Below, in pieces: positions 52,290-64,000 of a stretch of DNA of 64,000 nucleotides; position 1 is the first letter of the stretch; each line of letters begins with the position of its first letter. Source of the DNA: Octopus sinensis. Lineage: Eukaryota. A model generated the notes under the pieces. It ran no database searches. It was not told where the DNA came from and saw nothing but the letters and a program-made list of their open reading frames with translations. The stretch lies in the NCBI RefSeq assembly GCF_006345805.1, contig NC_042999.1, positions 114,948,001 through 115,012,000 of the forward strand. Direction: 5' to 3'. The position numbers were made by a program, and so were the translations under genes.

Positions 52290-54300
52290 GCTAAGAGATT
52301 ACATCATCATCAAAATGGTCGATATGAGCGGCACTGTGTTTTGTTTTCTTTTTCTGTAGTCCTCTACAGTAAAAGTGCCCAACATTCTCTTCAGCGAACT
52401 ACCTGTGGGCTTTACAAACCGCAATCGGAAACAAGTTTCTACCATCGCACACGAATTCATCTTTTCTAACTCGTTCTAACTCGCTTCTCCTCATCGTCAC
52501 TAACCTCATCATAAGCACATCTCTCACCTTCAAGATATATTTTCTCTTCAAAACCTACAAAACCGACGATCCCAGCCACCCTGTTATTTCCACCGAACTC
52601 CTCTTGGGGGAACCTCAAAAAACAAAGACCACACGTCTGCGCCTTACTAACGCATTAAGAATACCAACCAGGTATTTTTTATCCAGGGATATATAATATA
52701 TACATTATATATTTATATTCACCATTTAATTCAAATCACTCTAAACAATTCTCCCATACAGCAACGGTTCATCAGCCCTTAAGCAATTCCTCGACCATTA
52801 CCCTTACTCGTACCTTATACTATTACCCTCCTCCTCTTCCTTAACGAAACTCGTCCTCAAACTCAATTACTTTCCTTTCTCTGAGGAGTTTCATAACAGT
52901 TCGACAGGGCTGCTATGAGTAATATGATGGGCCCAGAGCGTTTTTTTAGGCCACATTGAGTCACAGATCTTTTTGCTCAGTCCACTAGGCTCATCCCTAA
53001 ACTGAACTATCACTATATTGATTATTGGAATGGCACCAGACAGTAATCCGTTACATCACCTTTTATCTACTTCAGATCACTCTTCTCTAGAATTCACCGT
53101 ATCTGATACCGCCTCAACTTCCTAGCAAAGTCTGCCACTACCTACAACATCCATCCATCCGACCAATCCCGTCCGGTACAATTCCACTGATACCTGCTCT
53201 CTTCTCCACTATTCCTTCTGTTTCTTCCAGGCACACCCATTCTATTCACCCATTCAATTTCTCTGATTTCACTGGTTATACAGCAATGATTTGCACTCCA
53301 ACTCAAGAAATGCGTTACTTCTTCAATAGAGGGTATTTTTAATTAGTTGTGCATCTTGCACTGAACTTCTACTACTATTTTATCCTACATAGGCACAGCT
53401 ACATACTGATTATCACTGTCCTTCGCCTTCTATCCAGCCATCACATCATTAAAACACACACTCATCCACAACTTCCATTTTCTATTTTCTGATCCATCCT
53501 ACACCAACTCATCTCCCCTTCAGTAGAGATAAGCATCGCTGCAAACCTTTTAAATAAAAACTCCTTGTCTCCCAACTACTTCTTATTAGGTACTTTCAAA
53601 CGCACTGGTCGCATGCTCTACATTAGCTCTTATATATGCTTGCTTGCTTCATGCTCTTGCTTGATGGGGCTGGGGTCATCCCAGGTTTGTAGTCCCAGAG
53701 ACGTCATGATGCATCGAGCCGACCAGGTCCACTAATGTTCACTATCGCTGGTGGTCATGTGCCAACCCCTCTGCATTCTCCAAGGTGACGTCGAGCCTCT
53801 GGAGATCTTCCCTAATCACAGCCCACTATCTGGTACGGATCCTGCCACGAGGCCTCTTCCAACGTGCAGCTTCTGCGTCGAATGAGAGTAAAGCCCTTGT
53901 AGGATAATCTAGCGGAAGACAGAGGACATATCCGTACCAGCGCATACAATGGATAGCTATAAGATAGGAGATTGCGGGCTGGTGCGTGCTCGCATGCAGT
54001 ACCTATAAATGCAACATCACAAATACTCCCCAATCCTAAAATCCCAGTACGAAACCACCACCCAAAACTTCAACTACACGTCTCAACATTACATACTACA
54101 TTATATGCAAACTCTCTGGTGCCGTTTATGTTTATGAAACACATTTTCGCTTAGGAGATCGCTTCGACGAGCACACTCGCAGCATTCTCCATCGCAGTCC
54201 GCGCCAACTAATGGCCTACCACTTGAATACATTAAACCACTCTATTTGCCACCTCCCAGCAGCCATCATTTCCGTCCACCAGATGTATAGGGAGGTATTC
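52290..54300 (+). mobile_element. Highly decayed Penelope-like element related to 58118-60522, interrupted by an RTE-like fragment
   Basis: Colinear remnants of the DIIIKxxDxxG, KxxKxxxPxxPVIS, LVLKLNYF...AMxxxMGP and QFL motifs; after the insert, GAVYVYET and RLGDRFDEHTRSI (GIY-YIG). Confidence 0.6.
53640..54060 (-). mobile_element. RTE-like LINE 3' fragment nested in the decayed PLE
   Basis: Minus-strand remnants of WYGxVL, RGRIR and WAVIREDLQRLDVTLENAEGLAHD, typical of RTE 3' ends. Confidence 0.55.
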
Positions 54301-54309
54301 CCTTATATA

Positions 54310-54670
54310 TCTTTTACTTGTTTCAGTCATTAGGCTGTGGTTATACTGGGCTTTCGCTTTGAAGGGTTTAATCAAAGAAATCGACTCTAGTATTTATTTT
54401 TTTAAGTCTCGTACTTATTCTACCAGCGTAGAATGTAAACAAATTAACGGCGGTTGTCAAGTTGTAGGTTATGGGACACGCACAAACACAAAGACACACA
54501 CTCACACACATATATACATATATACGACAGCTTCTACACAGTTTCCGCCTGCCAAATCCACTCACAAAGCATAAGTCAACCCAGGGCTACACACATGCCG
54601 CGCAGTGAGATTAAACCTAAAGTCACGTGGTTGCGAAGCGAACTATTTACTCACACATTCACGCCTGCGC
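54310..54670 (-). mobile_element. SINE family A, degenerate
   Basis: TTTTACTTGTTTCAGTCATT...CCAAATCCACTCACAAAGC... Confidence 0.75.
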
Positions 54671-55469
54671 CTATATATGCATTATAAATTTATAAGTATA
54701 CACATATTCATAAATATACACATATTCATAAATATACACATACATTTTCTTCAGAAAATACATACAGACACGCAGGCATACACACACCACACACTCGCAC
54801 GCGCGCACGTGTAAAATGTCAGTACCAGTTGAGTACTGAAGTTGATATAATCGACTTTTCCCTCCCCTCAAAAACTGCTGGCTTCGTACCAAATTTAGAA
54901 TGAATATTGATACGAAAGACAGTGGATTAACAGAATTAGTAAAGCGTCAGATATGATAAAAATGCTTAGTGACATTTAATTAAATACTTTTAACGTTCTG
55001 AGTTTAAATCCAACCAGATCAATTTACGGGGCTCAATTAAGTATCACCCAATTACTATTTTTAGAATTGATAATATTCTCCACCACCACCCATCTCCCAC
55101 CTTACCATCACCAAAATGCATGACTTATGCCTGTGCTAGAATTCAATATTTATTAAATTAATGTAAATGTATCTCTCAAAAACATTATAACACAACGTAC
55201 GATGATAGTTGATTGACTGTTGTGCGAAAAAAATCGACCTGCAACTGTAAAATTAATTATGACTATACAAACGAACCACTTGGATTTACAAATACGAATT
55301 AAATTTTCAACACAAATTTCACGAGAAATTTCTACAATAGTACTCACACTCTTGTAAAATGTATTGTGCATGCATTATAACTTATGTAGCGACATTATTA
55401 CATAGTCAAACGCATTGTAACATTGCTTATTTGGTCATTGTACTAAAACCTCTATCAATTCATAGCTTA

Positions 55470-55790
55470 TGTTCAAAGTATGCATTACTGGAATATCTTG
55501 GAAGGTCTAGCATCCGACTTTGGGATTGAAAGCTATGCCGTTCGCCGGACTTGATGCCATTGCATAGCACCAAAAATCTCACCATCTCCATCTTGAGTAA
55601 GAACTCGATACTGTAACAGCTAAGAGTTCAAAAGTCCACAAGTTTTCAATGATCTGCTAAAAGGTCACAGAAATCCATGAGGTGTAGATGCGGACAACAA
55701 TCGGACAAATTTATTTAATGTAGCATATGAGCCTAGATCACATCAAGAAACACAAAGAAGGGTAGCTCTGTCCAATCCACTATTTCATCA
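55470..55790 (+). mobile_element. Decayed CR1-like LINE 3' fragment
   Basis: YWNILEGLASDFGIESY resembles the region following LYSLxRRRERY in the 7432-8130 type of element. Confidence 0.45.
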
Positions 55791-55807
55791 AGACTGATTT
55801 CTGTAGG

Positions 55808-55913
<106 letters not shown>

Positions 55914-56664
55914 TAAAAGAAAGGCAGCGACTTCGAAATTCGGCCAAAACTGGCTTCTCAAGCTTTGTTGGAATGATAGAAATTTGTCATATACTTCGTA
56001 TATAAAGCTTAGAATAGCGTTTCCCATGCATTTGTTGGTTAAGTACGCTCTAGATGACAAGTTGAATCGGTCAACAGCCTTCCTAAAGTGAGTCTAAAAT
56101 AAACAAGCATTGGCGCTAATAACGGTGCCCCAGCATAGCCACAATTTCTAACTGAAACTGATAGTAATATAATAATAGAGTAACTTAAGCCTTGTCTCTA
56201 TAACACTCTCTTATAATTTAGAATGAACCTCTACTATAATAGCCTCCTTTCAATTAACATTATATATTTCTAGACGTATTTCTTGTCTAATTACATTTTC
56301 CGTTGTCCTTTCACTACCAAAGATATTTCTTTCATTCAATATTTCCATTCAATATTATTGGTGTATATTGTAATTCAATACATTTATAACAATTTATAAT
56401 TTACTTTATTAGACAACTCATATCAGCTTACATTAGTTTGTCCTTTGACATTGTATTTAGCAACTTAATTTTGTAAACACCTAAATATTAAAGTACCTTA
56501 TTTACTGTTCCTAACAATTAATTAGTTGGTCTTCTCTACCAAATAACAATACTCACACACAAACAAATACATTCATACACACACAGACACACACACATGT
56601 ACAAATATATATATACATACATACATTACATACATACACACACACAAGCATATATATGTGTGTC

Positions 56665-56827
<163 letters not shown>

Positions 56828-56991
56828 GATCATCAATTTGTGTTGCAGATTCCTGATTTGAAGTCGTGTGTTGAAATCGATATTGTTGTATTTCGGGATG
56901 GTCATTTTTTTTTTGCCAAATAAACACACGCACTATATATTTTTCACTCGTTTATTACTGTTCTTATTTTATTATTTTAACTCATGTCCAT

Positions 56992-57036
56992 TGTCCGGAA
57001 ATCTTTCGACACACATCTGTGACCTCTTCAGCGACA
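56992..57036 (-). ncRNA. Minimal type I hammerhead motif with canonical core, in pLTR-like unit ~56827-57095
   Basis: TGTCG-CTGAAGA-GGTCACAgaTGTGTGTC-GAA-AGATTT-C-CGGACA. Stem III is one change away from the palindrome AGATCT; UUC triplet. Confidence 0.7.
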
Positions 57037-57099
57037 CTTTTCGTTTTCGTGTGTGTTCTTGCTCCACTTCATTCTGTTTTTCTAAGAACACCTTATGGA

Positions 57100-57270
57100 C
57101 ATGCTGGAGCACTGCCTTTAGTCGAGCAAATCGACCCCAGGACTTATTCTTTGTAAGCCTAGAAATTATTCTATCGGTTTCTTTTGCCGAACCACTAAGT
57201 TACGGGGACGTAAACACACCAGCATCGGTTGTCAAGCGATGTTGATGGGGGACAATACAGACACACACAC
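57100..57270 (-). mobile_element. SINE family A tail
   Basis: CATGCTGGAGCACTGCCTTTAGTCGAGCAAATCGACCCCAGG...GTTGTCAAGCGATG. Confidence 0.85.
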
Positions 57271-57427
57271 TGGATTACGTGTTCGTTTCTCTTTTTGTCT
57301 TCTGCAATTTTATCTTTGATCTTCTATATATATATATGAAGATTTTACCTCCGTCTGGCTGTTTTTCTCTCTGCAAAACAGAAAGTTACATTGTGAAACA
57401 GTGATTTTAACGAGTTGTTTTATTTAC

Positions 57428-57529
57428 TTATCACCCGACGAGATACATCTGCACCACTGGACTCCTGAACCAGTTGTTGAGTATCCCACCAGAGGAATCG
57501 ACGCTAGATGTGTCGAAACAATTATCGTG
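57428..57529 (+). ncRNA. Degenerate hammerhead motif with long stem II, in pLTR-like unit ~57270-57580
   Basis: TTATCAC-CCGACGA-GATACATCT...AGATGTGTC-GAA-ACAATTAT-C-GTG. U4->C in the core, and stem III one change from the palindrome ACAATTGT. The unit's 3' end recurs at 33616-33655. Confidence 0.55.
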
Positions 57530-57979
57530 TTTAATAATAAATTCTCGCATATTCCATCTTCTGTCTTTCATTTGTTATATATATATATATCTGTACATAC
57601 ACAGACGAACGAAAAACAGAGCTATTGGTCAGAAGGTCAAGCGCAATTTCAGCTTCTATCGATAATATTGCTTCCACGCTGGAGGCACCGGCAAGAAACT
57701 TGCCGGGAATGGGATCAAAACATAACAAAACAATACACAGAATAGGGCTTAGGGCCACACGAAGACAACAATTAAAAGGAAAGTAATACATATACAGTAA
57801 AAAAAGCTTTAGGGCTGCAAGACAAGACAAAAATGGGTAACGCGAAGACGAAATGAAAAACACGGAAGGGGTAGACCTAGGAGCTCAGAAAATCGTGGCT
57901 TATACCGATATATATATATATATATATATAATATATATATATATATAATATAATAATGTGACAATTATTCAGTTGCCAA

Positions 57980-58034
57980 AATAAAACTCCGAGTTTCGGG
58001 ACGGAAATCTACTCCGACATCTCGTCAATTATTA
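57980..58034 (-). ncRNA. Hammerhead motif, second copy of the 7108-7170 family (C3->U)
   Basis: Minus strand TAATAA-TTGACGA-GATGTCGGAGTAGATTTCCGTCCC-GAA-ACTCGGAGT-T-TTATT. Confidence 0.65.
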
Positions 58035-58070
58035 AGACAATAAAAACATACGTGAATTCTATGTATATAT

Positions 58071-58117
<47 letters not shown>

Positions 58118-58122
<5 letters not shown>

Positions 58123-60522
58123 GAATTTACAAACAAAAGAAACGATGAAGACGGGTGTGTAAACAACAAATAGATGTATTAGTTTAACGCTCGGGAAGTG
58201 AGAAAGTCTTTTACGTTTCGAGCCTACGCTCTTCAACAGAAATGAACATTGAAATAAACAGAGAGCGAAAACTTAGGAAAAGGTTTAGTGGCTAGCGATC
58301 AATCATTGCGAATGCCGGACAGAGGTGGTCAGACAGGAAAACTAGGTAGAAGGGGAGATAATAAAGTAGTGGTAATCCCAAAACGAAGATGCGTGCGTGT
58401 GTATGTGCGTGAGGATAGGGCTGGTGACCTTGACGTGTGCGTGTATGCATGTGTAGATGTGTGGATGATGGTGTAAGTGCTGGGATGGTGTGGTATGGCG
58501 TTGTGTGGTGTGATGTGGTGTGGTGGTGTTGGGTGTGGGTTGGGGTGAATGTGGTGTGGTGGGGTATGTAGGAGTGGGGTGTAAGGGCGGGATGGGGTAT
58601 GTGGCAGTGGAATGAGTGGGATGGGTGGGGTGGGATGGGATGGGATGTATAGAGATGTTAAGTTTGGAATGTGTAGAGGTAGAGTAACGATGGAGGGAGA
58701 GGGTGGAAGAGAGAAGGTGGGTAGGAGTGAAGAGAGGAAGTAGGTGTCAGGGTAAGGGGGAGAGGAGAGGTGGATGGGAGTGAAGGGACGAAGTAGGTGT
58801 GAGAGGAAAGATGAGGAGAGTTGAGCCCATGTGGCGCAAAGGAGCGAAGAGAGAAGATTACAACCAGTTCACGGTGAAGCCGGGAGTCCGGATGGCCCCT
58901 TTGTGAGGACAATCCGAACACAGACAGGTGTTGTAAAGAATGACCGGTAGAGTGGAAATGGCGCGAGACCGGGGTGTCGTTGCCGAGTCTGATGTCTCGG
59001 AGGTGTTCTGCGAACCGGTCAGCCAAGCGGCGTCCCGTTTGACCGATGTACAGAGAAGGACAGAGAGAGCAGATGTAGTAGATGACGTTCTTAGAAGTGC
59101 AGGTGAAGGAGTCGGTGATATGATAGTAGCCTGTGAGGATGGTGGTGTTGGAGAGGTAAGGGCGAGTGCGGCAGCGTAGGCGGGGGCACGGGAACGAGCC
59201 GGGTTGGGAGATTGGGTTAGGGAAGAAACTGTGGACCAGGAGGTCACGTAGGTTGTGGGCTCGTTTGAAGGCGGGGAGGGGTCGGTTAGGGAAGATGTGC
59301 GGGGGAGGGGTTGGACTGGAATCACCAGAAGGCTCGGAGAATTGTGCGTTGGAGAGGTTGGGTGGAGGGGTGGTAGGTGAGGAGATATCCACGTAGGATG
59401 AAGTGGCGAGCCATGAGTTGAGACTGAGTCTCAAAGTCATGGTTGCCACTGCAGAGCCTGCGCAGACGGAGGAATTGGGAATAGGGGATGGAAAGCTTGA
59501 TGTGTTTAGGGTGGGAGGAGGAGAAGTTGAGGTATGAGTGCGAGTCTGTGTGTTTGTAGTGAATGGAGGTGGTGAGAGTGGAGTGATGAATGTTAACTGA
59601 ACTGTCGAGAAAGGCGACGGAAGTGTTGGAAATAGTGTAGGAGAAGTGGAGGGCAGGATGGAAAGATTTGACAAAAAAGAGGAAGGAGTCTAGTTGTTCG
59701 CAGGAGAGTGAGGCCGCACCGATACAGTCGTCAATATAATGACCGTATAGTTCGGGAGTGGGACTAGTGAAACTTGAGAATATTTGGGCCTCAACGTAGC
59801 CAACGAACAGGTTCGCATAGTTGGGGCCCATTCTCGTTCCTATGGCCACTCCTGAGAATTTCTGGTAAAAATCACCCGCGAACGAGAAGCAGTTGAGTGA
59901 GAGGACAAGTTCGGCCAGACGAAGAGGTGTGGGTGTGGCAGGTTGGGGTTGGGTCGAAGGTAAATGTACTGTTGGAGTGTACGCAGCCCCTCATAGTGAG
60001 GGATCACCGCGTATAGGCTCTTGATGTCAAGAGTGAAGAGAAGTTTAGAGGGGCCAGGAGGGAAGGAGAAAGAGTTGAACAGACGAAGAGCATTGTCGGT
60101 GTCATGGATATGAGAGGGGATGGAAGCCACTAGGGGGGCAAGGACACGGTCAAGATATTTGGAGATGAGTTCGATGGGGCAGTTGCAGGCGGAGACGGTG
60201 GGGCGGCCAGCGTTGCTAGGTTTGTGAATTTTAGGGAAGAAGTAAATTGTGGGGATCGAGGGTGCGGACAATGAGGTTGGAGGTGGTGGGGAAAGACGGA
60301 AGGAGGAGATGAGGTCATAGATAGTGGAGGACACCGTCTGTTGGTAGCTGGTCGTGGGGTTGGAGGGCAGTGGGCAGTAGAACGAGGTATCTTGAAGTTG
60401 GTGGAAGGCTTCGGCCTTGTAGGGGTCCGCGCCCCAAACCACCACGGCTCCACCCTTGTTGGTCGGGTTTTCGATGATGTCTTTGCGGCGTCGGAGACAT
60501 CGAAGGGCCGAGAGTTCGAACA
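58118..60522 (-). mobile_element. Penelope-like retroelement (RT plus GIY-YIG plus C/T-rich spacer plus pLTR), 5'-truncated, frameshifted
   Basis: NKGGAVVVW, YFFPKIHKPSNAGRPTVS, TLDIKSLY, MAIGTRMGPNYANLFVG, YIDDCIG, AFLD, SIPYSQFLRLRRLCS, FTCTSKNVIYYICSLCPSLYIGQTGRRLADRFAEHLRDI; ends in (TA)n. Confidence 0.93.
58207..58244 (-). ncRNA. Hammerhead-like motif (A6->U variant) in the PLE pLTR
   Basis: CATTT-CTGTTGA-A-GAGCgtagGCTC-GAA-ACGT-A-AAAGA, about 600 nt downstream of the GIY-YIG domain on the same strand. Confidence 0.6.
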
Positions 60523-61003
60523 CACACACACATCAATCACTTTCCCTCCCCTCTCTCCTTTCCTCCTCTTTCTCTCTTTCTTTCTCTCTCTCTTTCTCCC
60601 TCTCCCCCTCTCTCTCTATTGCTCTAACTTTCCTCACCACCATCATTCCGTAAATGTCACCACCAACACCACCAACACATTCACCACCATCACCTCCATC
60701 ACCACCACCATAAATCAGCATTTCATTCGCAACTAATTCAACCACCACTACCACTGGCGCTACTACCACCAACACTATTATTACTAACACCATTATTATG
60801 CTGTCACTACTTGTTATGCGTACAATACCGTCACGACTACCACAAGTACTTTCTCCATAACCACCACCACCACCACTACCACCGCTACCACCACAACTAC
60901 TATTACCAACGCTCCTGTGATGCTGATACTGTCACCGCCACTAATACAATTAGCACCACTTGTAGTACCATCAGACAGGATATACAAACACCTGAGACGC
61001 GCG

Positions 61004-61041
<38 letters not shown>

Positions 61042-61276
61042 GCACGCACGAATACGCACACACGCACACCAATACTACCACCTTATCCACTTCCACCACC
61101 TCTACAACCTCCAATACTATCATATCACATTGGTACAACTGCTACCAACACTACTACATCAGCAATAACAATACTACTATAGCAGCATTGTTCCTACTAT
61201 TATACTATCACCAACACTACAACCACTACTAACACCACCACCGCTTCTACCTGTACGAGCCAACGAGGGAGATGAT

Positions 61277-61915
61277 ATGGTCCCTCAACCAGCTAAAAAT
61301 AGCAGTCAAATCTCCTTTAAACCACAAACCTCCTCATCCACCCCCAACGCTTCAGAAAAGGACACATTGGTGAATGTGATCTAAGGTTTCTTGCAAGTAA
61401 GTAAAAAGATAGGATGGTGGTCACGGCTGGAGAGTATTTAACTATAAATATTTACGATCATGGATGACTTAACGACAATGTGGTCCCTTGACCAGGTAGG
61501 AATAGTAGCCAAATTCCCCACCACCACCAGACATAGAAAAGAACATATTGGTTGATGTGATCTCACGTTCCCGGCAAGTAGGTAAAAAGATAGGATGGTA
61601 GTCACAATTGGAGTGTATTTAATTATAAATATGAAGAATCATGGATGACCTCAGAATCAATGAAAATCAGTGTGCCCCATCGATCAGCTAGAAATAGCAG
61701 CCAGATCTCTCTTAAATTACAGACCTTAAACACACACATACACACACACACACACACAGCCTTAGAAAAGAACACATTGATTACTATGATAACACTTCCC
61801 TGCAAATAGGAAAATAGGTAGTCATGGTTGGAGTGTCTTTAATTATAAATATGTATGATCATAGATGAGCTTAGACTGAGCAACAATCAATGTGGTCCCA
61901 CGACCAGCTAGGAAT
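61277..61915 (+). repeat. Three diverged tandem copies (~200-220 bp) of a dispersed repeat
   Basis: Unit TGGTCCC..ACCAGCTA.AAATAGCAGCCAAAT...AGAAAAG.ACACATTG...GATAGGATGGT.GTCA...GGAGTGT.TTTAATTATAAATAT starts at ~61277, 61479, 61670 and 61890. Related reverse fragments at ~44445-44500 and ~51690-51840. Confidence 0.8.
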
Positions 61916-61916
61916 A

Positions 61917-62092
61917 TGGCGTGGCTGTGTGGTAAGAAGCTTGCTTCCCATCCACATGGTTCCGTGTTCAGTTCCCCTGCGTGACACCTTGGGCATGTGT
62001 CTTCTACTATAGCCTCGAGCTGACCAAAGCCTTGTGAGTGGATTTGGTGTGTATGTGTGCGTATGTGTGTGCATGTGTGTGTATGTAAGTGT

Positions 62093-62164
<72 letters not shown>

Positions 62165-62395
62165 TCTCTCTCTCTCTTTGTGTCTGTCTGAATTTGTGTC
62201 CCCCCCCGCCCACCATCACCGCTTGACAACCGGTGTTGGTGTGTTTATGACCCTGTAACTTAGCAGTTCGGCAAAATAAAAAAACCGATAGGATAAGTAC
62301 TAGGTTTAAGAAATAAGTCCTGTGGTCGATTTGCTCGACTAAAAAAACCTTCAAAGTGGTACTCCAGCATGGCCACAGTCAAATGACTGAAGCAA
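61917..62395 (+). mobile_element. SINE family A, full length with internal (GT)n, followed by an inverted head (~62395-62530)
   Basis: GGCGTGGCTGTGTGGTAAGAAGCTTGCTTCCC...CCAGCATGGCCACAGTCAAATGACTGAA. Confidence 0.88.
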
Positions 62396-63105
62396 GCTTC
62401 TTTCAGATTTCGTCTAGCAAATCCACTCGCAAAAGGCTTTGTTAGTCGACCCGGAGCTATTGTAGAAGACATTTGCCCAAGATACTACGCAGTAGAATTG
62501 AACACGGGATGCAAACTTTTATATCACACATTCTAATATTTTAATTAAGAAATAAAGCCACCAGTTTTAAGGGGACACCTTTGGTCAACACCATTTGACT
62601 GGTACTTTATTTTATCGACCCCCTGAAAGGATGAACGACATCATTAGCCTCGGCGAGAATTTGAACCCGTAACGTTAAAGAGCCTAAAGAACCACAACCA
62701 CTGTCATCAAATACTACCACCTTCACCACGCCCACCACTAATAACCCTCTATCAACACTACCCTGTCAACAATCTGTCATAAAGTCTATAAAAAGCCGGC
62801 TGGCGTTAAAAAAAAAATCGACCATAGTGACTTAATTCTTGAGCCAGTCATCACTTTCCGATGGGAGTGGGAGAAAAGGTAGAAGAAAGAAGGGAGTAGG
62901 AGGCGGAGTATGAGTATGAGTAGGAGGAAAGGAGGAGGAGGAAATGTATGATGGGTGGTAATGATGAAGAGAGGGGGAATGAGAGAGAGAGAGAGAGTGG
63001 GGAGGGAGAGGGAGGCGGGAATGATAGCTTGCGTTTAATTAACATTGCTATTCGGTCGACTGACTATTGCTTGTCCCCAATCACGTTGTATCATCACAGC
63101 GGTAG

Positions 63106-63148
<43 letters not shown>

Positions 63149-63169
63149 GGGGTGGAGATTATTGATGAT

Positions 63170-64000
63170 GAGTGGTGGTGGTGGTGGTCGTCGTCGTCGT
63201 CGTCGTCGTCGTGGTTGGTCTGTGGCGTGGTTATGATGATAATGATGGTGAAGGTGGAGTACTTATGGTGATACGATAATGATGATGATGATGACAACGA
63301 GGATGGGGGTATGATGTGGTTTTGGTGATGATAATGACGGCGAGGGAGATGCAGGGTGGGTTATGATGATGCAAACGGTTAAGAGATGAGGTGGTTCTAA
63401 AGATGATGATGATACTCATGGTAGCGGGGTGCTGGTGCTGCCGGTGCTGGTTGTGGTGGTAGTGGCGGTGCTGCTGCTGCTGCTGCTGATGATGATGATA
63501 GAATTGGTGGAGTGGTGGTTGTGGTGGTAGAGGTGGTGATGGTGCTGTTGTTCATGATGGTGAGGTGGCGGTGGCAGTGGTGGTGGTGGTGCTGGTGGTG
63601 GTGGTGGTGATGGTGCTGCTGTTCATGATGGTGAGGTGGCGGTGGCAGTGGCAGTGGTGGTGGTGATGGTGGTGGTTGTGGTTGTGGTGGTGGTGGTGGT
63701 GGTAGTTATGGTAGTGCTGGTGATAGTCGTGGTGGTGCTGGTGGTGCTGGCCGTCGTTGTCGTAATGGTGGTGGCGGTGATGGCTTTATTGCACATTGGT
63801 GCGTGTGTGTGAGATTGTGGTTGCGCTGCTCACTGTAGTAGCGGCACTCGTACTTTGTAATGGTGGTGACGGTGATAGCCGTAGAGGTGCTAGTTGATAT
63901 TATTGCTTGTGATAATTCTGAGAGCGGTGAGACAACGGCAATACCGATAGTGACGGTGATGCTGGAATTACAGTTTGGGGGAGGTGCTGGTGGGTGTGGT
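63170..64000. repeat. Degenerate (GGT)/(GAT)/(GCT)n low-complexity tract
   Basis: Seen directly; a similar (CCA)/(ACT) tract is at 60640-61250 and a (GGT)n tract at 44625-44850. Confidence 0.9.

Noticed and set aside
57640-57695. Minus-strand GTGGAAGC...GCTGAAATTGC, HHR-like
   Set aside because: No CUGA core and no clear NUH; too degenerate to call.

Overview
AT-rich, microsatellite-saturated eukaryotic non-coding DNA. The SINE repertoire and repeat landscape look like an octopus/cephalopod genome (inference from recall, not verified). I found no intact host protein-coding gene; almost all ORFs in the track are translations of (TA)n/(CA)n/(ATGT)n/(GATA)n/trinucleotide repeats. The window holds: (i) many tRNA-headed SINE copies from at least three families; (ii) decayed LINE fragments (CR1-, RTE-, Tx1/L1- and R4/Dong-like); (iii) mariner and hAT DNA-transposon remnants and a hAT MITE with an 8-bp TSD; (iv) three Penelope-like element (PLE; RT plus GIY-YIG) bodies, one with a ~1.35-kb inverted 3' duplication. 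The main hidden signal, invisible in the ORF track, is a set of nine minimal type I hammerhead-ribozyme (HHR) motifs plus one broken one. They belong to about six sequence-distinct families, mostly have a palindromic stem III, and sit in PLE 3' ends or orphan pLTR-like units embedded in (TA)n. They include a U3:A8 compensatory core variant and an A6->U variant; four different families cluster within 56.8-58.3 kb. Other signals: a SINE whose 3' tail matches the 3' end of a Tx1-like LINE, and an apparent partitioning of retroelement families among different microsatellite targets. All structures were folded by eye; boundaries of decayed elements are approximate.
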